This document shows, piece after piece, positions 45,879 to 60,306 of a DNA stretch of 63,803 bases. Made by a program: the position numbers and the translations under genes. The first letter of the stretch is position 1; each line of letters opens with the position of its first letter. The stretch lies in contig JAQSWP010000010.1 in assembly GCA_029266575.1 (NCBI GenBank), positions 1 to 63,803 on the forward strand, written 5' to 3'. The notes under the pieces were generated by a model, which had not been told where the DNA came from, did not search any database, and was given only the letters and a program-made list of their open reading frames with translations. Origin of the DNA: Alphaproteobacteria bacterium. GTDB lineage: Bacteria; Pseudomonadota; Alphaproteobacteria; Reyranellales; JAQSWP01.

Positions 45879-45933
45879 CGGGAATTTGCGCTTGCAGGAA
45901 CGGCGAGTCAATTGCCCGCCGAAACGGCCCGAT

Positions 45934-46728
45934 TTAGGCCTTCACCGTATGCGCATGGTTCAGCGGCCCGTGGCCTTTGCCGAATCCCGGCGCTGTACGA
46001 ATGGCTTCCTGCACGTAGGCGCGGGCGCGGATCACCGAATCGCGCATCGACAAACCCTGCGCCAGGCCGGCGGCGATCGCTGACGCCAGGGTGCAGCCGG
46101 TGCCGTGGGTGCTGGTGGTGTCGATGCGCGGGGAATCGAAGGTTTCGAGCTTGCCGTCGCTGCACAAAACGTCGCGCACGATGTCGCCCGCGACATGGCC
46201 GCCTTTGACCAACACCGCTTTCGGACCCATGCGGCCCAGCGCCTGCGCCGCACGCTCCAGGCCGATAAGGGAATCGACCGGCGCGCCCAGCAATTCGGCT
46301 GCTTCGGGCGCGTTGGGGGTGATGATGGCGGCGAGCGGCAGCAGATGCCGGCGCAGCGCGCCAGTGGCGGCAGGATCGAGCAGCGAGGCGCCGCCCTTAG
46401 CCACCATCACCGGATCGACCACCAGCGGCACATGCAGCGCCTTCTCAGCGATGGCGCGCGCCACGGTTTCGATCACCTCGGCGCTGTGCAGCATGCCGGT
46501 CTTGATGGCGTCGGCGCCGATGTCGTCGAGCACCAGGTCGATCTGTTGGCGGATGAATTCGACCGGCACGGCATGGATGCCGAACACGCCTTGCGTGTTC
46601 TGCGCCGTGAGCGCAGTGATGGCGGTAGCGGCATAGGCGTTGAGCGCCGTCACCGTCTTGATGTCGGCCTGGATGCCGGCGCCGCCGCCGGAATCGGAGC
46701 CGGCGACGATCAGAACCCTGCCCTTCAT
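45934..46728 (-). CDS. thiD: hydroxymethylpyrimidine/phosphomethylpyrimidine kinase
   Basis: 264 aa. Motifs VAGSDSGGGAGIQADIKT and HGTGCTLASAIAAGLA. Confidence 0.9.
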   Translation of the reverse strand: MKGRVLIVAGSDSGGGAGIQADIKTVTALNAYAATAITALTAQNTQGVFGIHAVPVEFIRQQIDLVLDDIGADAIKTGMLHSAEVIETVARAIAEKALHVPLVVDPVMVAKGGASLLDPAATGALRRHLLPLAAIITPNAPEAAELLGAPVDSLIGLERAAQALGRMGPKAVLVKGGHVAGDIVRDVLCSDGKLETFDSPRIDTTSTHGTGCTLASAIAAGLAQGLSMRDSVIRARAYVQEAIRTAPGFGKGHGPLNHAHTVKA

Positions 46729-46730
46729 GC

Positions 46731-48089
46731 TCAGCCGCCCTGCGCCGCCACGGCCCCGGCGATGTCATCGACCACGCGTTGCACAATGGCGGCATCGTCG
46801 CCTTCGGCCATGACGCGGATCAGCGGCTCGGTGCCGGAGCGGCGGATCAGCAGGCGGCCCTTGCCGTTGAGCGTCGCCTCGCCCGCGGCGATGGCTTTGC
46901 GGACATCGGCATGTTCGAGCGTGGCGGCGGCGCGGGCGATGTCGTTCAGCCGCACGTTCTTGAGGATCTGCGGCACCGGCTCGAAGACGCGGAAGACTTC
47001 AGAGGCCTTGCGCTTGTCCTGCACCAGCACCGCCAGCGCCTGCAGCGCCGCCATCAGCCCGTCGCCGGTGGTGGCGAAGTCGGACATGATGATGTGGCCC
47101 GACTGCTCGCCGCCCAGATTGCATTTTCCTTCGCGCATCTTCTCCAGTACGTAGCGGTCGCCGACCTGGGTGCGCACCATGGAGATGCCGCGCGATTGCA
47201 GGTAGCGCTCCAGCCCGAGATTGGACATCACGGTGGTGACCAGGCAGTCGCCGTGCAGCCGGCCATCTTGGGCCCAGCAGTCGGCAATAACGCCCATCAG
47301 CTGATCGCCATCGATGATCTCGCCGGTTTCATCGACCATCACCAGCCGGTCGGCGTCGCCATCGAGCGCGATGCCGAGATCGGCCTTGTGCGCGAGAACT
47401 TCCTTCGCCAGCGCCTGCGGATGGGTCGAGCCGCAATCCTTGTTGATGTTGAAGCCGTCGGGCGAGACGCCGATCGGCACGATCTCCGCGCCCAGCTCCC
47501 ACAGCACCGCGGGCGCCACCTTATAGGCCGCGCCATTGGCGCCATCGACCACGATCTTCAGCCCATCGAGCCGGCGGCCGCGCGGGAAGCCGGTCTTGAC
47601 GAACTCGGCATAGCGTCCCAGCGCATCGTCGAGCCGGCGGGCGCGGCCCAGCATGTCGGGCGCGGCGCGGCGCGGGTTGAGGTCGGAACCCATCAGCGCT
47701 TCGATCTCGGCCTCGGTCTCGTCGGAGAGCTTGTAGCCGTCAGGACCGAACAGCTTGATGCCGTTGTCCTGATAGGGATTGTGCGAGGCGGAAATCATCA
47801 CGCCCAGATCGGTGCGCAGCGAGCGGGTCAGCATCGACACCGCCGGTGTCGGCACCGGGCCCAGCAGCACCACGTCCATGCCGATGGCGAGGAAGCCCGC
47901 GGTCAACGCCGGTTCCAGCAGATAGCCGGACAGGCGCGTATCCTTGCCGATCACCACCTGGTGGCGATGGCCGCCGCGGTTGAACACCAGCCCGGCCGCC
48001 ATGCCCAGCCGCAAGGCGGTCTCCGCCGTCATCGGCTCGAGATTGGCCCGGCCGCGCACCCCATCGGTGCCGAAGAGCTTGCGTGTCAT
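46731..48089 (-). CDS. glmM: phosphoglucosamine mutase
   Basis: ATG 48089. Motifs LFGTDGVRG, phosphoserine loop [21 protein letters not shown] and GGEQSGH. Confidence 0.95.
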   Translation of the reverse strand: MTRKLFGTDGVRGRANLEPMTAETALRLGMAAGLVFNRGGHRHQVVIGKDTRLSGYLLEPALTAGFLAIGMDVVLLGPVPTPAVSMLTRSLRTDLGVMISASHNPYQDNGIKLFGPDGYKLSDETEAEIEALMGSDLNPRRAAPDMLGRARRLDDALGRYAEFVKTGFPRGRRLDGLKIVVDGANGAAYKVAPAVLWELGAEIVPIGVSPDGFNINKDCGSTHPQALAKEVLAHKADLGIALDGDADRLVMVDETGEIIDGDQLMGVIADCWAQDGRLHGDCLVTTVMSNLGLERYLQSRGISMVRTQVGDRYVLEKMREGKCNLGGEQSGHIIMSDFATTGDGLMAALQALAVLVQDKRKASEVFRVFEPVPQILKNVRLNDIARAAATLEHADVRKAIAAGEATLNGKGRLLIRRSGTEPLIRVMAEGDDAAIVQRVVDDIAGAVAAQGG

Positions 48090-48099
48090 GGCGCGCACT

Positions 48100-48909
48100 T
48101 TATCCCAGCGCGGCTGCGACAGCCAGCGCGCGGGCAGTCTCGGCCACGTCATGAACGCGCAGGATATGGGCCCCGCTCCCCGCCGCAGCGACCGCCACCC
48201 GAACAGACGCTTCCAACCGATCGGCGGGCTTTTCACCGCCACCCAGCGATTTCAGAAAGCCCTTGCGCGAGGCGCCTATCACGACCGGCAGCCCCAACGC
48301 CTGGAAGCATTCGAGGTTGGCAAGCAGCTCGATGCTCTGTGCATGCGTCTTGGCGAAGCCGATGCCAGGATCGATGGCGAGGCGTTCGCGGGCGATGCCG
48401 GCCCGTTCGCAGGCCGCCACACGGTGTTCCAGCCACTGCGCCACATCCTCGACCACGTCTTCATAATCGGTGTGGGACAGCATGTCCTGTGGTGTGCCCC
48501 GCATGTGCATCAGGATCACGCTGGCCTGCGATCCGGCCACGGCGCGCAGCGCGTCGGGATCGTGGGTCAGCCCGGAAACGTCGTTGACGATTTTCGCGCC
48601 AGCTTCGATGGCCGCCCGCATGGTCGTCGCATGACGCGTATCGATCGATACCAGCACGCCTGCGCGCGCCAGTGCCGTCACGACCGGCAAAACGCGCTTC
48701 TGTTCGTCCATTGGATCGACCGGGTTCGCGCCCGGCCGCGTGCTTTCGCCGCCGACATCGACGATCGACGCGCCCTCCTCCAGCAGCCGCATGCCGGCGG
48801 CAACGGGATCGGCATGCCTGCCGCCATCGAAGAAGGAATCGGGCGTGACGTTCAGGATGCCCATCAGATGCGGACGATCGAGCGTCAGGTCGGCGAAGGA
48901 AAGCGTCAT
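48100..48909 (-). CDS. folP: dihydropteroate synthase
   Basis: Motifs [15 protein letters not shown] and [11 protein letters not shown]. Confidence 0.95.
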   Translation of the reverse strand: MTLSFADLTLDRPHLMGILNVTPDSFFDGGRHADPVAAGMRLLEEGASIVDVGGESTRPGANPVDPMDEQKRVLPVVTALARAGVLVSIDTRHATTMRAAIEAGAKIVNDVSGLTHDPDALRAVAGSQASVILMHMRGTPQDMLSHTDYEDVVEDVAQWLEHRVAACERAGIARERLAIDPGIGFAKTHAQSIELLANLECFQALGLPVVIGASRKGFLKSLGGGEKPADRLEASVRVAVAAAGSGAHILRVHDVAETARALAVAAALG

Positions 48910-48957
48910 GGGCGCGACCGCTAAAGGAAAGGCCCCGTCCAGCGGGGCCTTTCGATC

Positions 48958-50903
<1,946 letters not shown>

Positions 50904-50907
<4 letters not shown>

Positions 50908-52331
50908 GATCGTCCTCGCAAAGAAAACGCCTGTCGGTCCAGATACATAAGCTCGGCCGGCGGCAAAACAAGCGGCCAAGCCGGCGGTGCCAGCCCCTGC
51001 AGCGGCCGAAACACCACCTTAGGGCAAGCAATCAAGGTAGCAGGCAGGCCGTCGCCCCGTCTATCGCCGCCTCCGCCGTCGCTTTTCTGCTCAGGCTTTG
51101 GCACGAATACCGCAGCAAGCTCGTTGCCACGCCACAAAGCCGGCAGCGCTTCCGCAACCGGGGCCGGGAAAGCGCGCAATTCGACCATACCAGCGCGTAA
51201 CGCAACTGACCGCCCGGCCGATCCAAGGCCGCCAAGCCTAGCGTCCAGCGGCGCCGTCAGCACATAGCGCCTATCCCAATGCATGGACTGGCCAAGCCGC
51301 ACGTCCGTGCTCTCGCCGATAGCACCGGCTTCGCGGCAGACCAGAACGCGCCTGCCGCGGCGGTCGAAACGGCAGCCGCCTGCCACCACGCTGCGCCCTG
51401 CCCGCACCATCGCCGCCGCCCGCTCAAGCCCGGCGCGGCGGGCGGGATAATGCCGGCCGCCAAACACGGAGGTCAGTCGGCTCAGCAGCCGCATGGCCAA
51501 TGGCTGCGCCAAAGCGTCGAACCCGGCACCGTCGAGCCAGGCGAAGCCGCGCGGGTCGACCGTCACCAGATCGACCAGCAACGCCGCAAGCCGAAGATCG
51601 ATCGTACGCCGAAGCGCCCCGGCATGGCCTGTGACATCGGCAAGAGCGGCGCGCTTTTCCACATCCAGCGTCCTGCGCAGAGCTACGCGGGCGTACTCGG
51701 CGCGCTCGTTGCTCGGATCATCGACCCAGGCCAGCGCGTGCGCCAATACCGTTGCCGCAAGGCGTGGCCGTTGGAAAACGAGCAAGGGCCGCAGCAACCG
51801 CAGATCGGCCTTCTCGACGACTGGACTCATGGCAGCAAGGCCTTCCGGCCCCGAGCCATCCGCCAACCGCAACAACGTCGTCTCGGCCTGATCGTCGACC
51901 TGATGGCCCAGCAGCAGGTGCAGAATGCCGAGCTCGCGACAGCGCCGTTCGAGCAATCCGTAGCGGGCGATGCGCGCCGCTTCACTGACACCGGAATGCG
52001 GCTTGGCCGCGTTCCAACGCAGCACTTCGCTTGCAATGCCGCGCTCGCGCAGGAGGGAGGCGACCTCATTGGCTTCGTCGGTCGATTCCGGACGCAGCCT
52101 ATGATCGACGATCAAAGCGATCAGTGCACCGCCCCGTTCCCGCGTCCACCGCTCGGCCAGCAGTGCGAGCGCCAGACTGTCGCGGCCGCCCGAAACCGCT
52201 GCTGCGAGGCGAGGTTGGCTTTCGAATGGGGCCAGCGCGGCCATGGCGGCGGCGAATTCCCCGGCAGCGACAGGTTCGGCGCCGCCGGTGGGGCGGTCGA
52301 AAACGCGGTTGGAGCGGCTGGCTAACCGCAC
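50904..52331 (-). CDS. tilS: tRNA(Ile)-lysidine synthetase
   Basis: PP-loop [12 protein letters not shown]. The stop overlaps the ftsH GTG (GTGA). The start is uncertain; ATG 52331 overlaps the cpoB end by 10 nt. Confidence 0.85.
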
Positions 52332-53320
52332 CGGCTCTTGCGCCGTTCTTCCGTCGCGCGACGGCGCACGATTTCCGGCGCCGTCGGATATTCCTTGTTC
52401 AGCCGGTCATAGACGGCGCAAGCGTCCTGATCCTTCTTCAGCGCCGACAGCGACATGCCAAGCTTGAGCAGCGTGTCTGGCGCCTTGTTGCCCTTGGGGT
52501 AGTTCTTGTAGCCGTCGGCGAAGGCGACCGAGGCGTTCTGGTAGTCCTGCCGCACGTAATAGGTTTCGCCCAGCCAGTATTGCGCGCTGGCGGCGAGCTG
52601 GTGGCGCGGATTGCGCGCCACGATGTCCCGCAAGGTCTGCTCGGCGGCAGCGTATTGCCCGGCGCGCAGCATTTGTTGCGCGGCTTCGTATTGCTGCTCG
52701 ACCGAGCCTCCGGCCGGCGCCGCAGCCTGCTGCTGTGGCGGAGTCAAAGGCGCGGGCGTGGACGGCGTATAGGGCGCACCGGGCGGCGGCGGACGCAGCA
52801 CGCCGGCCTGCGGCGGCGGTTGCCTGGTCAGCGGTTCGGTCGAGGGCAGTGGCGCCGGCTGACCGAGTTGCGGCTGCGGCGCAGCGCTCGCCGTCGCCGG
52901 ACGCGGCGAGCCACCCGCCTGGCCGCCTTCCAGCTGGCTGATGCGGAACTCCAGATCGGTGGTGAGCTTGTCCAGCCGGGCGGTGAGTTGGCGGATCTTG
53001 ATGTCGAGGTCCTCGACCTGGCCGGTGAGAACCGTCATCTGCCGCTCCAGACCGTTCATGCGGTCTTCGAGAACGTAATTGCCGGCCTGGGCAAGCTGCA
53101 CCGGCGCGCCCTTGGAGGAGGAAAGTTGCGGCGGCAGATCGTTGACGTAGACCTTGCGCTCGATGTTCTGCATCTCGCGTTCCAGACGGACCAGCCGGTC
53201 TTCCACCGTCTGGGCCTGCGCGGGTCCCGCGACGCTGAGGCCGAGCGATGCCGCCAGGCCGAAGCCGGCAAGGCGCAGCTTGCGATGCGGCGCGGAGGCG
53301 AAAAGCTGAAGCATGATCAT
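52322..53320 (-). CDS. cpoB: Tol-Pal system protein CpoB/YbgF
   Basis: Signal peptide, coiled-coil region (LVRLEREMQNIERKVY), Pro/Ala-rich linker and C-terminal TPR (YWLGETYYVRQDYQNA). Confidence 0.85.
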   Translation of the reverse strand: MIMLQLFASAPHRKLRLAGFGLAASLGLSVAGPAQAQTVEDRLVRLEREMQNIERKVYVNDLPPQLSSSKGAPVQLAQAGNYVLEDRMNGLERQMTVLTGQVEDLDIKIRQLTARLDKLTTDLEFRISQLEGGQAGGSPRPATASAAPQPQLGQPAPLPSTEPLTRQPPPQAGVLRPPPPGAPYTPSTPAPLTPPQQQAAAPAGGSVEQQYEAAQQMLRAGQYAAAEQTLRDIVARNPRHQLAASAQYWLGETYYVRQDYQNASVAFADGYKNYPKGNKAPDTLLKLGMSLSALKKDQDACAVYDRLNKEYPTAPEIVRRRATEERRKSRCG

Positions 53321-53401
53321 TCCTCACGGAATAGCCGCTGCTGCCAGAAGCGCGGCCCGAAAAGCCAACCGATGAACGAGTATATACCCAGTTGAAGCGG
53401 C

Positions 53402-53444
53402 CAAAAATAAGGCGTCGGCCGGGGATTTCCTCCCAGCCGACGCC
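53402..53444 (-). terminator. intrinsic terminator after pal
   Basis: On the minus strand: GGCGTCGGC, a loop region with extra internal pairs, GCCGACGCC, followed by TTATTTTTGG. Confidence 0.7.
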
Positions 53445-53471
53445 GGTATCTTCGGATCGAGCGGGCCGATC

Positions 53472-53948
53472 TTAGTTAGACAGCACCGATACGCCGCGGC
53501 GGTTCCTCGCATAGGCCTGTTCGGTCGAGCCGGCCTCGGCCGGCCGCTCCTTGCCGTAGCTGATAGTCGCGACGCGATTGGCCGGAATGCCCTGCGACAC
53601 CAGGAAGGCGCGCACCGAAGCGGCGCGGCGCTCGCCCAGCGCCAGGTTGTATTCGCGCGTGCCGCGTTCGTCGGCATGACCTTCGACCGTGACGCGGTAG
53701 GTGCCGTACTGCTTCAGCCACGCGGATTGGCGCGTCAGGATCTGGCGCGCCTCGGCGGTGAGCTGGAAGCTGTCGTAATCGAAGAACACGCGATCGCCGA
53801 CATTCTGCTGGAAGTCAGCCGCCGTGCCCGGGGCCGCGCGGCCAGGCTGCGTCGCGCTCGTGGCTGCGGTGTTGGGCGGCGGGGTGGTCTCGCAGGCAGC
53901 AACCAGCAGCACCGCTGCCAGCAAACCGAGAATTTTTACGCGCATCAT
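53472..53948 (-). CDS. pal: peptidoglycan-associated lipoprotein Pal
   Basis: Lipobox LLVAAC. OmpA-like domain (FFDYDSFQLT, EGHADERGTREYNLALGERRA, NRRGV). Confidence 0.95.
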   Translation of the reverse strand: MMRVKILGLLAAVLLVAACETTPPPNTAATSATQPGRAAPGTAADFQQNVGDRVFFDYDSFQLTAEARQILTRQSAWLKQYGTYRVTVEGHADERGTREYNLALGERRAASVRAFLVSQGIPANRVATISYGKERPAEAGSTEQAYARNRRGVSVLSN

Positions 53949-54115
53949 TTGAGTTTCTCCTTATGAACCAAGTTGCATACCGCCGAAGTTTTACGCATGC
54001 GCTGAACGAATTTTCAGCAATCGTTTCAGTAGTTTAGACGACGGTCTACGCGCCCTGCGGCTGAAAACGCGCGGACTATACCACTCAAAAAACGCAAGGC
54101 AACCAACACGTTGGC

Positions 54116-55486
54116 TTATTGCGGTATCAACGGCGACCAGGCCGGATCCGAAGCATCGGTCGGCGTCACCACCTGCCGCTCGTTCGAACCGGTGAGATCG
54201 ACGCTGTAGAGCCGCACGCCGCCGCCGCGACCGCCGGCGCCTTGCGGGGCCTGACGGAAGAACATCAGCACGCGCCCGTTCGGCGCCCAGGTCGGGCCTT
54301 CGTCGAGGAAGCTCTCGGTCAGCAGCCGCTCGCCCGATCCATCCGAGCGCATGATCCCGATGTAGAACTTGCCCTGGAAAATCTTGGTGAAGGCGATGAG
54401 ATCGCCGCGCGGCGACCACACCGGCGTGGCGTAGCGGCCCTGCCCCTGGCTGATGCGGCGCACGTCGCCGCCATCGGCACTCATCACGTAGAGCTGCTGC
54501 TGGCCGCCGCGATCGGAGTTGAAGACGATGCGCGCGCCATCGGGCGAGAAGCTGGGCGAGGTATCGATCGCCGGATGATTGGTCAGCCGCTGCACCCGCT
54601 TGGTGCGCACGTCCATGGTGTAGATCTCGGAGTTGCCGTCGGCGGCCAGACTCATCGCCACGCGATTGCCGTCGGGCGAAAAGCGCGGCGCAAAGGTCAT
54701 GCCGGGGAATTCGCCCAGCACCTCCTGGCGTCCAGTATCGACGTTGTAGATATAGACGCGCGGCTGGTCGCCGCCATAGGAGAGATAGGTGATCTCCTGC
54801 AGGGTCGGCGAGAAGCGCGGCGTCAGGACGAGATTGCGCCCGTCGGTCAGGTAGCGATGGTTGAACCCGTCCTGGTCCATGATCGCCAGGCGCTTGACCC
54901 GCTGGGTCACCGGGCCGCTCTCGGCGACATAGACGACGCGGGTGTCGAAATAGCCGTCCTCGCCGGTCATGCGCTTGTAGATCGCATCGGAGATGATGTG
55001 AGCGATGCGGCGCCAGTTCTGCGGCTGGGTGAAATAGGCCAGGCCGGTCATCTGCTGACCCACCGTCACGTCCCACAGCCGGAATTCGACGCGCAGCCGG
55101 CCGTCGGGCTGCAGTTGCGCCGCGCCCGTCACCAGCGCCTGGGCGTTGATGACGCGCCAGTCGGCAAAGCGCGGCGGCACGTTGATGTTGGTGATCTTCT
55201 CGACGAAGGCGGCGCGGTCGAGCGGCCGGAACAGGCCGGAGCGCTCGAGATTGGCCGAGATCACCTGCGCGATATCGGCGCCAACCCGGCTGGCTTCCGC
55301 CTGCTCGCCGATGAAGTCGACGATCGCGATCGGCACCGGCTCGGTATTGGGGCGGGTGATATCGATGCGCAGTTGCGCCCGAGCGGCTGGCGCCAGCGCC
55401 AAGGCGGCGGCGACGGCCAGCAGCATGACGATGGCGCCATAAGCCAGACGGTTCGGCCAGGCCGATGCAGTCGCAGTCTTCATCAT
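54116..55486 (-). CDS. tolB: Tol-Pal system beta-propeller protein TolB
   Basis: 456 aa. Signal peptide and repeated propeller motifs ([22 protein letters not shown]). Confidence 0.95.
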   Translation of the reverse strand: MMKTATASAWPNRLAYGAIVMLLAVAAALALAPAARAQLRIDITRPNTEPVPIAIVDFIGEQAEASRVGADIAQVISANLERSGLFRPLDRAAFVEKITNINVPPRFADWRVINAQALVTGAAQLQPDGRLRVEFRLWDVTVGQQMTGLAYFTQPQNWRRIAHIISDAIYKRMTGEDGYFDTRVVYVAESGPVTQRVKRLAIMDQDGFNHRYLTDGRNLVLTPRFSPTLQEITYLSYGGDQPRVYIYNVDTGRQEVLGEFPGMTFAPRFSPDGNRVAMSLAADGNSEIYTMDVRTKRVQRLTNHPAIDTSPSFSPDGARIVFNSDRGGQQQLYVMSADGGDVRRISQGQGRYATPVWSPRGDLIAFTKIFQGKFYIGIMRSDGSGERLLTESFLDEGPTWAPNGRVLMFFRQAPQGAGGRGGGVRLYSVDLTGSNERQVVTPTDASDPAWSPLIPQ

Positions 55487-55490
55487 TGCC

Positions 55491-56363
55491 TCACAACTCG
55501 CGGGGATCGAAGGTGAATACGAAACTGCGCCACATATTGTATTTGTGCGGCGGCAGCGGGAACGGCTGGCAGGTAGGATTGAGCGTGGCGCGCAAGGCGG
55601 CCTCGGCTGCCGAGCGATAGAACGGATCGTTCATGCGCGAACGGTCGGCGATCGACGCTTCGCGCACGGTGCCGTTGGGATTCATCGAAACCTGAATGTC
55701 CACCACCAGACGCTCCGGGTTGGGCGCACCAGCCGGAAAATTCCAGCATGGCCGCACCTTCTCCCGCACCGCATCCAGTTCGCTGCGCGCCAGCTGCTCG
55801 GAAAGATTGGGCGCGGTCTGGATACGCTGCGGCACGGCAGCCTGCTGCACCGGTCTCGCCTGCGGATCGGGCGGGGTCGGGCGTACCGGCGCCTTGTTCT
55901 TAAGCACCGAATCGAGCACCGAATCGAAGCGATCCTTTTCCGGCTTCTTGGGCTCGGCTTTTTTCGGCTCTTCCTTCTTCGGTTCTTCTTTCTTCGGCTC
56001 TTCCTTTTTCGGCTCTTCCTTTTTTACCACCTCGGCCTTCTTGTCGGGAATCGGCTCGGCCTTGGGCTCCGGCGGTTTCGGTTGCGGCGCGGGCTCGCGC
56101 TTGGGCTCGGGTTCGGCGGCGGCCTTGGGTGGCGCTGGGGGCGTCGGTTCCGATTTCACTTCAGGTTTGGGCGGCTCGGGGACTTTGGGCACGGGTGGCT
56201 TGGTGAATTCCGGCGCCGTCGCCTTTGGCGCCAAGGTCACGACCTCAACGGTAGAGGGCAACTCTGGTTCCTCTGGCGGCTTGATCCAGGCCGGCAGCCC
56301 GAACACCACCAATAACGCCAGAGCGATGTGGAAGATGCCGGAGAGGATGCTGCCTGGGCTCAT
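55491..56363 (-). CDS. tolA: cell envelope integrity protein TolA
   Basis: N-terminal TM ([18 protein letters not shown]), a long Pro/Lys/Glu-rich domain containing a (KKEEP)n run, and a C-terminal globular domain. Position between tolR and tolB. Confidence 0.8.
   Translation of the reverse strand: MSPGSILSGIFHIALALLVVFGLPAWIKPPEEPELPSTVEVVTLAPKATAPEFTKPPVPKVPEPPKPEVKSEPTPPAPPKAAAEPEPKREPAPQPKPPEPKAEPIPDKKAEVVKKEEPKKEEPKKEEPKKEEPKKAEPKKPEKDRFDSVLDSVLKNKAPVRPTPPDPQARPVQQAAVPQRIQTAPNLSEQLARSELDAVREKVRPCWNFPAGAPNPERLVVDIQVSMNPNGTVREASIADRSRMNDPFYRSAAEAALRATLNPTCQPFPLPPHKYNMWRSFVFTFDPREL
55965..56024. repeat. four tandem 15-bp units inside tolA encoding (KKEEP)n
   Basis: Units are cggctcttccttctt, cggttcttctttctt, cggctcttccttttt and cggctcttccttttt, in frame, with degenerate partial units on both sides. 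Confidence 0.8.
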
Positions 56364-56369
56364 GGCAGA

Positions 56370-56872
56370 TCAACGTCGCTGGCCGCCCGTGGGGGCCGGG
56401 GTGGCAGGCGCGCCAGAGCGCGGCGGCGGAGCGGGCTGTTCGGCCACCAAAGCCACGCGCGTGAAACCGGCGCCATTGATCATCCCCATCACTTCCATGA
56501 CGCGGCCGTAGGTGATCGCCTTGTCGCCGCGCACGAAGATACGCTGATCCGGCTTGTTGGCCGAAATGGCGCGCAAACGTGGCAACAATTCGTCCTGCCC
56601 GACTTTCGTCTCCTGCAGGAAGATGTCGCCCTTAGCATCGACGCTGACCACCAGCGGCTCGTCCTGGCCGGTAATGGGCTTGGCCTCGGTCTTGGGCAGG
56701 TCGACCGGCACGCCAACGTTGAGCAAGGGCGCCGCCACCATGAAGATGATCAGCAGCACCAGCATCACGTCCACGAACGGCGTGACGTTGATCTCGGCCA
56801 TCGGCTGGTAGCGGCCGCGGGCGAAACGCCCCTTGCCGCGCCGGCCGCCGCCATTGTGGAGACTGGCGGCCA

Positions 56873-56873
<1 letters not shown>
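56370..56873 (-). CDS. tolR: TolR (ExbD/TolR family)
   Basis: ATG 56873 overlaps the tolQ stop (ATGA). Motif [23 protein letters not shown]. Confidence 0.9.
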
Positions 56874-57601
<728 letters not shown>

Positions 57602-57615
57602 GGCCGGAAAAACTC

Positions 57616-58134
57616 CTAATGCGCTGGGCTTTTGCGCGTTGATTGTGGCGGTATGGGGGCGTTGGCTACCCTGGAAAGACTCTCGCGCAAGCCTCCCGGC
57701 AGGCGCGCCGGACGTCCGTCGGAACGCATGCAGGCGAGCTTCAGCGTGGCGGCGACGAGAACGGTTTCGGCCTTGCGTACGACCTGCTCGATGTCGAGCG
57801 AGGCGCCGCCAAGCGTGCGGATGGTGCTGTCGACGATCAGAGCATCGTCAAGTCGCGCCGGCTTGAAATAGTCGATTTCACAACGCCGGACGGTCCAGTT
57901 GATTCCCGTCGCATCGCGCAGCGCGGAATGTTCGTAGCCGAGCAGGCGCATCATTTCTGTGCGCGCGCGTTCGATGAAGCGCAGGTAGTTGGCGTAATAC
58001 ACGATGCCGGCCGCATCGGTGTCCTCGTAGAAGACGCGCAGCGCATAATAGTGCCGGCCCTCGGCAATGATGCCCGACGGCGCGCGAGCGATTTCTCCCT
58101 GGCGTTGCAAGAATGCATCAGCGGTCATCGGCAT
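57616..58134 (-). CDS. ybgC: YbgC/FadM family acyl-CoA thioesterase
   Basis: Motif [23 protein letters not shown]. Located upstream of tolQ. The start (58134 or 58128) overlaps the ruvB 3' end. Confidence 0.85.
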   Translation of the reverse strand: MPMTADAFLQRQGEIARAPSGIIAEGRHYYALRVFYEDTDAAGIVYYANYLRFIERARTEMMRLLGYEHSALRDATGINWTVRRCEIDYFKPARLDDALIVDSTIRTLGGASLDIEQVVRKAETVLVAATLKLACMRSDGRPARLPGGLRESLSRVANAPIPPQSTRKSPAH

Positions 58135-59188
58135 CTTCCGAGCGCATCAAGTCGAACTGCGCCTGCGCGCCGCGCGGAATGGCCATGCCGATATGGCGAT
58201 AGCCCAGCTCCGCCAGCATGCGCCCGCGCGGCGTGCGCAGGACGAAGCCCTGCTGCATCAGGTAGGGCTCGATCACGTCTTCCAGCACGTCGCGCTGTTC
58301 GCTGAGCGCAGCGGACAAGGTCTCGACGCCCACCGGGCCGCCGCCGTATTTCTCGGCAATGCAGAAGAGATAGCGCCGGTCCATGGCATCAAGGCCGGAG
58401 CGATCGACCTCCAGCCGCTGCAGGCCGGCATCGGCGGCCTTGGAGTCGATGCGTTTGACGCCGCCGACAGTGGCGAAGTCGCGCACCCGACGCAGCAGGC
58501 GGTTGGCAACGCGTGGCGTGCCGCGCGAGCGGCGCGCGATCTCGGCCGCGCCATCGTCGGTCATCTCGACATTCAGCACGCCAGCGGCGCGGCGTACGAT
58601 CAACTCGAGCTCGGCGGGGGTGTAGAAGATCATGCGCAGCGGAATGCCGAAGCGCTCGCGCAGCGGCGTTGTCATCAGGCCGGACCGTGTCGTGGCGCCG
58701 ACCAGGGTGAAGGGCGGCAGGTCGATACGGATCGAGCGCGCCGCCGGCCCTTCGCCGATCATGATGTCGAGCTGGAAATCCTCCATCGCCGGATAGAGGA
58801 TTTCCTCGATCGCCGGATTGAGGCGATGGATCTCGTCGATGAAGAGAACGTCGCGCGCTTCGAGATTGGTGAGAAGGGCGGCGAGATCGCCTGCCTTCTG
58901 AATCACCGGGCCGGAGGTTGCGCGGAACCCGGCGCCCAGCTCACGCGCCACGATCTGCGCCAGGGTGGTCTTGCCCAATCCCGGCGGCCCGTGGAACAGC
59001 ACATGGTCCAGCGCCTCGCCGCGCGCCTTGGCGGCGTCGATGAAGATGCGCAAATTCTCGCGCACCTGCTGCTGGCCGACGAACTCGCCGAGGGTCAGCG
59101 GCCGCAGCGACGCTTCGGCGCCATCATCATTGGCGCGCGACGGCGCTACCATGCGCGGTTCCATCACCGGCGGGCGCTTGTCGCTCAT
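58118..59188 (-). CDS. ruvB: Holliday junction branch migration helicase RuvB
   Basis: Walker [12 protein letters not shown] and Walker [10 protein letters not shown]. The ATG overlaps the ruvA stop (ATGA). Confidence 0.97.
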   Translation of the reverse strand: MSDKRPPVMEPRMVAPSRANDDGAEASLRPLTLGEFVGQQQVRENLRIFIDAAKARGEALDHVLFHGPPGLGKTTLAQIVARELGAGFRATSGPVIQKAGDLAALLTNLEARDVLFIDEIHRLNPAIEEILYPAMEDFQLDIMIGEGPAARSIRIDLPPFTLVGATTRSGLMTTPLRERFGIPLRMIFYTPAELELIVRRAAGVLNVEMTDDGAAEIARRSRGTPRVANRLLRRVRDFATVGGVKRIDSKAADAGLQRLEVDRSGLDAMDRRYLFCIAEKYGGGPVGVETLSAALSEQRDVLEDVIEPYLMQQGFVLRTPRGRMLAELGYRHIGMAIPRGAQAQFDLMRSEDADDR

Positions 59189-59796
59189 GCGCTCAATTCC
59201 TTCAAGCCGGCGCGGATCAGCGCTTCGACATTGCCGCCCTCGCCCATGCGCTGCGCCGCGCGCGCCACAGCGCCGAATGCGTCGGCCCGCTTGTAGCCGA
59301 GATTGACCAGCGCCGAGACCGCATCTTCGTTGATGCCGGTTGGCTGCTGGCCCGTCGCCATTTTGGTCTTGAGCGCATTGCCGGGAAGTGCGATGGCGGA
59401 AACCTTGTCCTTCAACTCACTCGCCAGACGGCCGGCGAGCTTCGGACCAACACCCTGCGCCTGCGACAGCGTCGTGCGATCCTGCGCGGCGATGGCGTTA
59501 GCGAGGTTGTCGGGAGCGAGAGCCGAGAGGATCGACAGCGCCACCTTGGCGCCAACGCCTTGCACCGTCAGCAGCAGACGGAACCAGTCGCGTTCGTTCT
59601 CTTCGTGGAAGGCAAAGAGATGGATGTGATCCTCGCGCACCTGCGTCTCGATATGCAGGCGCACGTCCTGTCCGATCGGCGGCAGCGCGCGCAAGGTGCG
59701 GGCGGAAGCGAACACCAGATAGCCGACGCCATTGACATCGATGATGGCGCTATCCTCGCCGACGCTGTCCAGCAGGCCGCGCAGCAGGGCGATCAT
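59185..59796 (-). CDS. ruvA: Holliday junction DNA-binding protein RuvA
   Basis: ATG 59796 overlaps the ruvC stop (ATGA). [28 protein letters not shown], and HhH region [16 protein letters not shown]. Confidence 0.95.
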   Translation of the reverse strand: MIALLRGLLDSVGEDSAIIDVNGVGYLVFASARTLRALPPIGQDVRLHIETQVREDHIHLFAFHEENERDWFRLLLTVQGVGAKVALSILSALAPDNLANAIAAQDRTTLSQAQGVGPKLAGRLASELKDKVSAIALPGNALKTKMATGQQPTGINEDAVSALVNLGYKRADAFGAVARAAQRMGEGGNVEALIRAGLKELSA

Positions 59797-60305
59797 CGCA
59801 AGCCCGCCGGCAGCACGGCCTCCCTGCTCCACGCTTTCTGCGTACCCAGGAAATGCGCCAGGCAAATCGCGACGGCCAGCGCGTCGGCGGCATCGGCCGT
59901 GGCGCTGACGCCGGGCAGCAGACGCTTGACCATCATCGCCACCTGCGTCTTGTCGGCATGACCGACGCCAACCACCGCCTTCTTCACCTGGTTGGCGCCG
60001 TATTCCGAGACCGGCAGGCCCAATCGGGCGGGCGCCAACAGCACCACACCGCGCGCATAGCCCAGCTTCAATGTTGAAGACGCGTTCTTGTTGACGAAAG
60101 TCTCCTCTACCGCCGCATGCACCGGCTGCTGCGCCTCGATCACGGCGGAGATGCCGACGAAGAGCTGGTCCAGCCGTTCCGCCAGCGACAGCTTCTCGTC
60201 GGACTTCACCACGCCATGGGCAACATGGCGCAGGCGGTAGCCGTCGGATTCGATCACGCCCCATCCGGTGATGCGCAGGCCGGGATCGAGACCGATGAGG
60301 CGCAT
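59793..60305 (-). CDS. ruvC: crossover junction endodeoxyribonuclease RuvC
   Basis: Motifs [18 protein letters not shown] and [11 protein letters not shown]. Confidence 0.95.
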   Translation of the reverse strand: MRLIGLDPGLRITGWGVIESDGYRLRHVAHGVVKSDEKLSLAERLDQLFVGISAVIEAQQPVHAAVEETFVNKNASSTLKLGYARGVVLLAPARLGLPVSEYGANQVKKAVVGVGHADKTQVAMMVKRLLPGVSATADAADALAVAICLAHFLGTQKAWSREAVLPAGLR

Positions 60306-60306
60306 C

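Noticed and set aside
53949-54115. The lower-GC 167-nt tolB-pal spacer, with a CCAAC-AC-GTTGG palindrome followed on the minus strand by a T-run.
   Set aside because: The possible hairpin is weak (about 6 bp including a wobble pair) and is separated from the T-run. tolB-pal spacers are commonly long. I did not call it a terminator.
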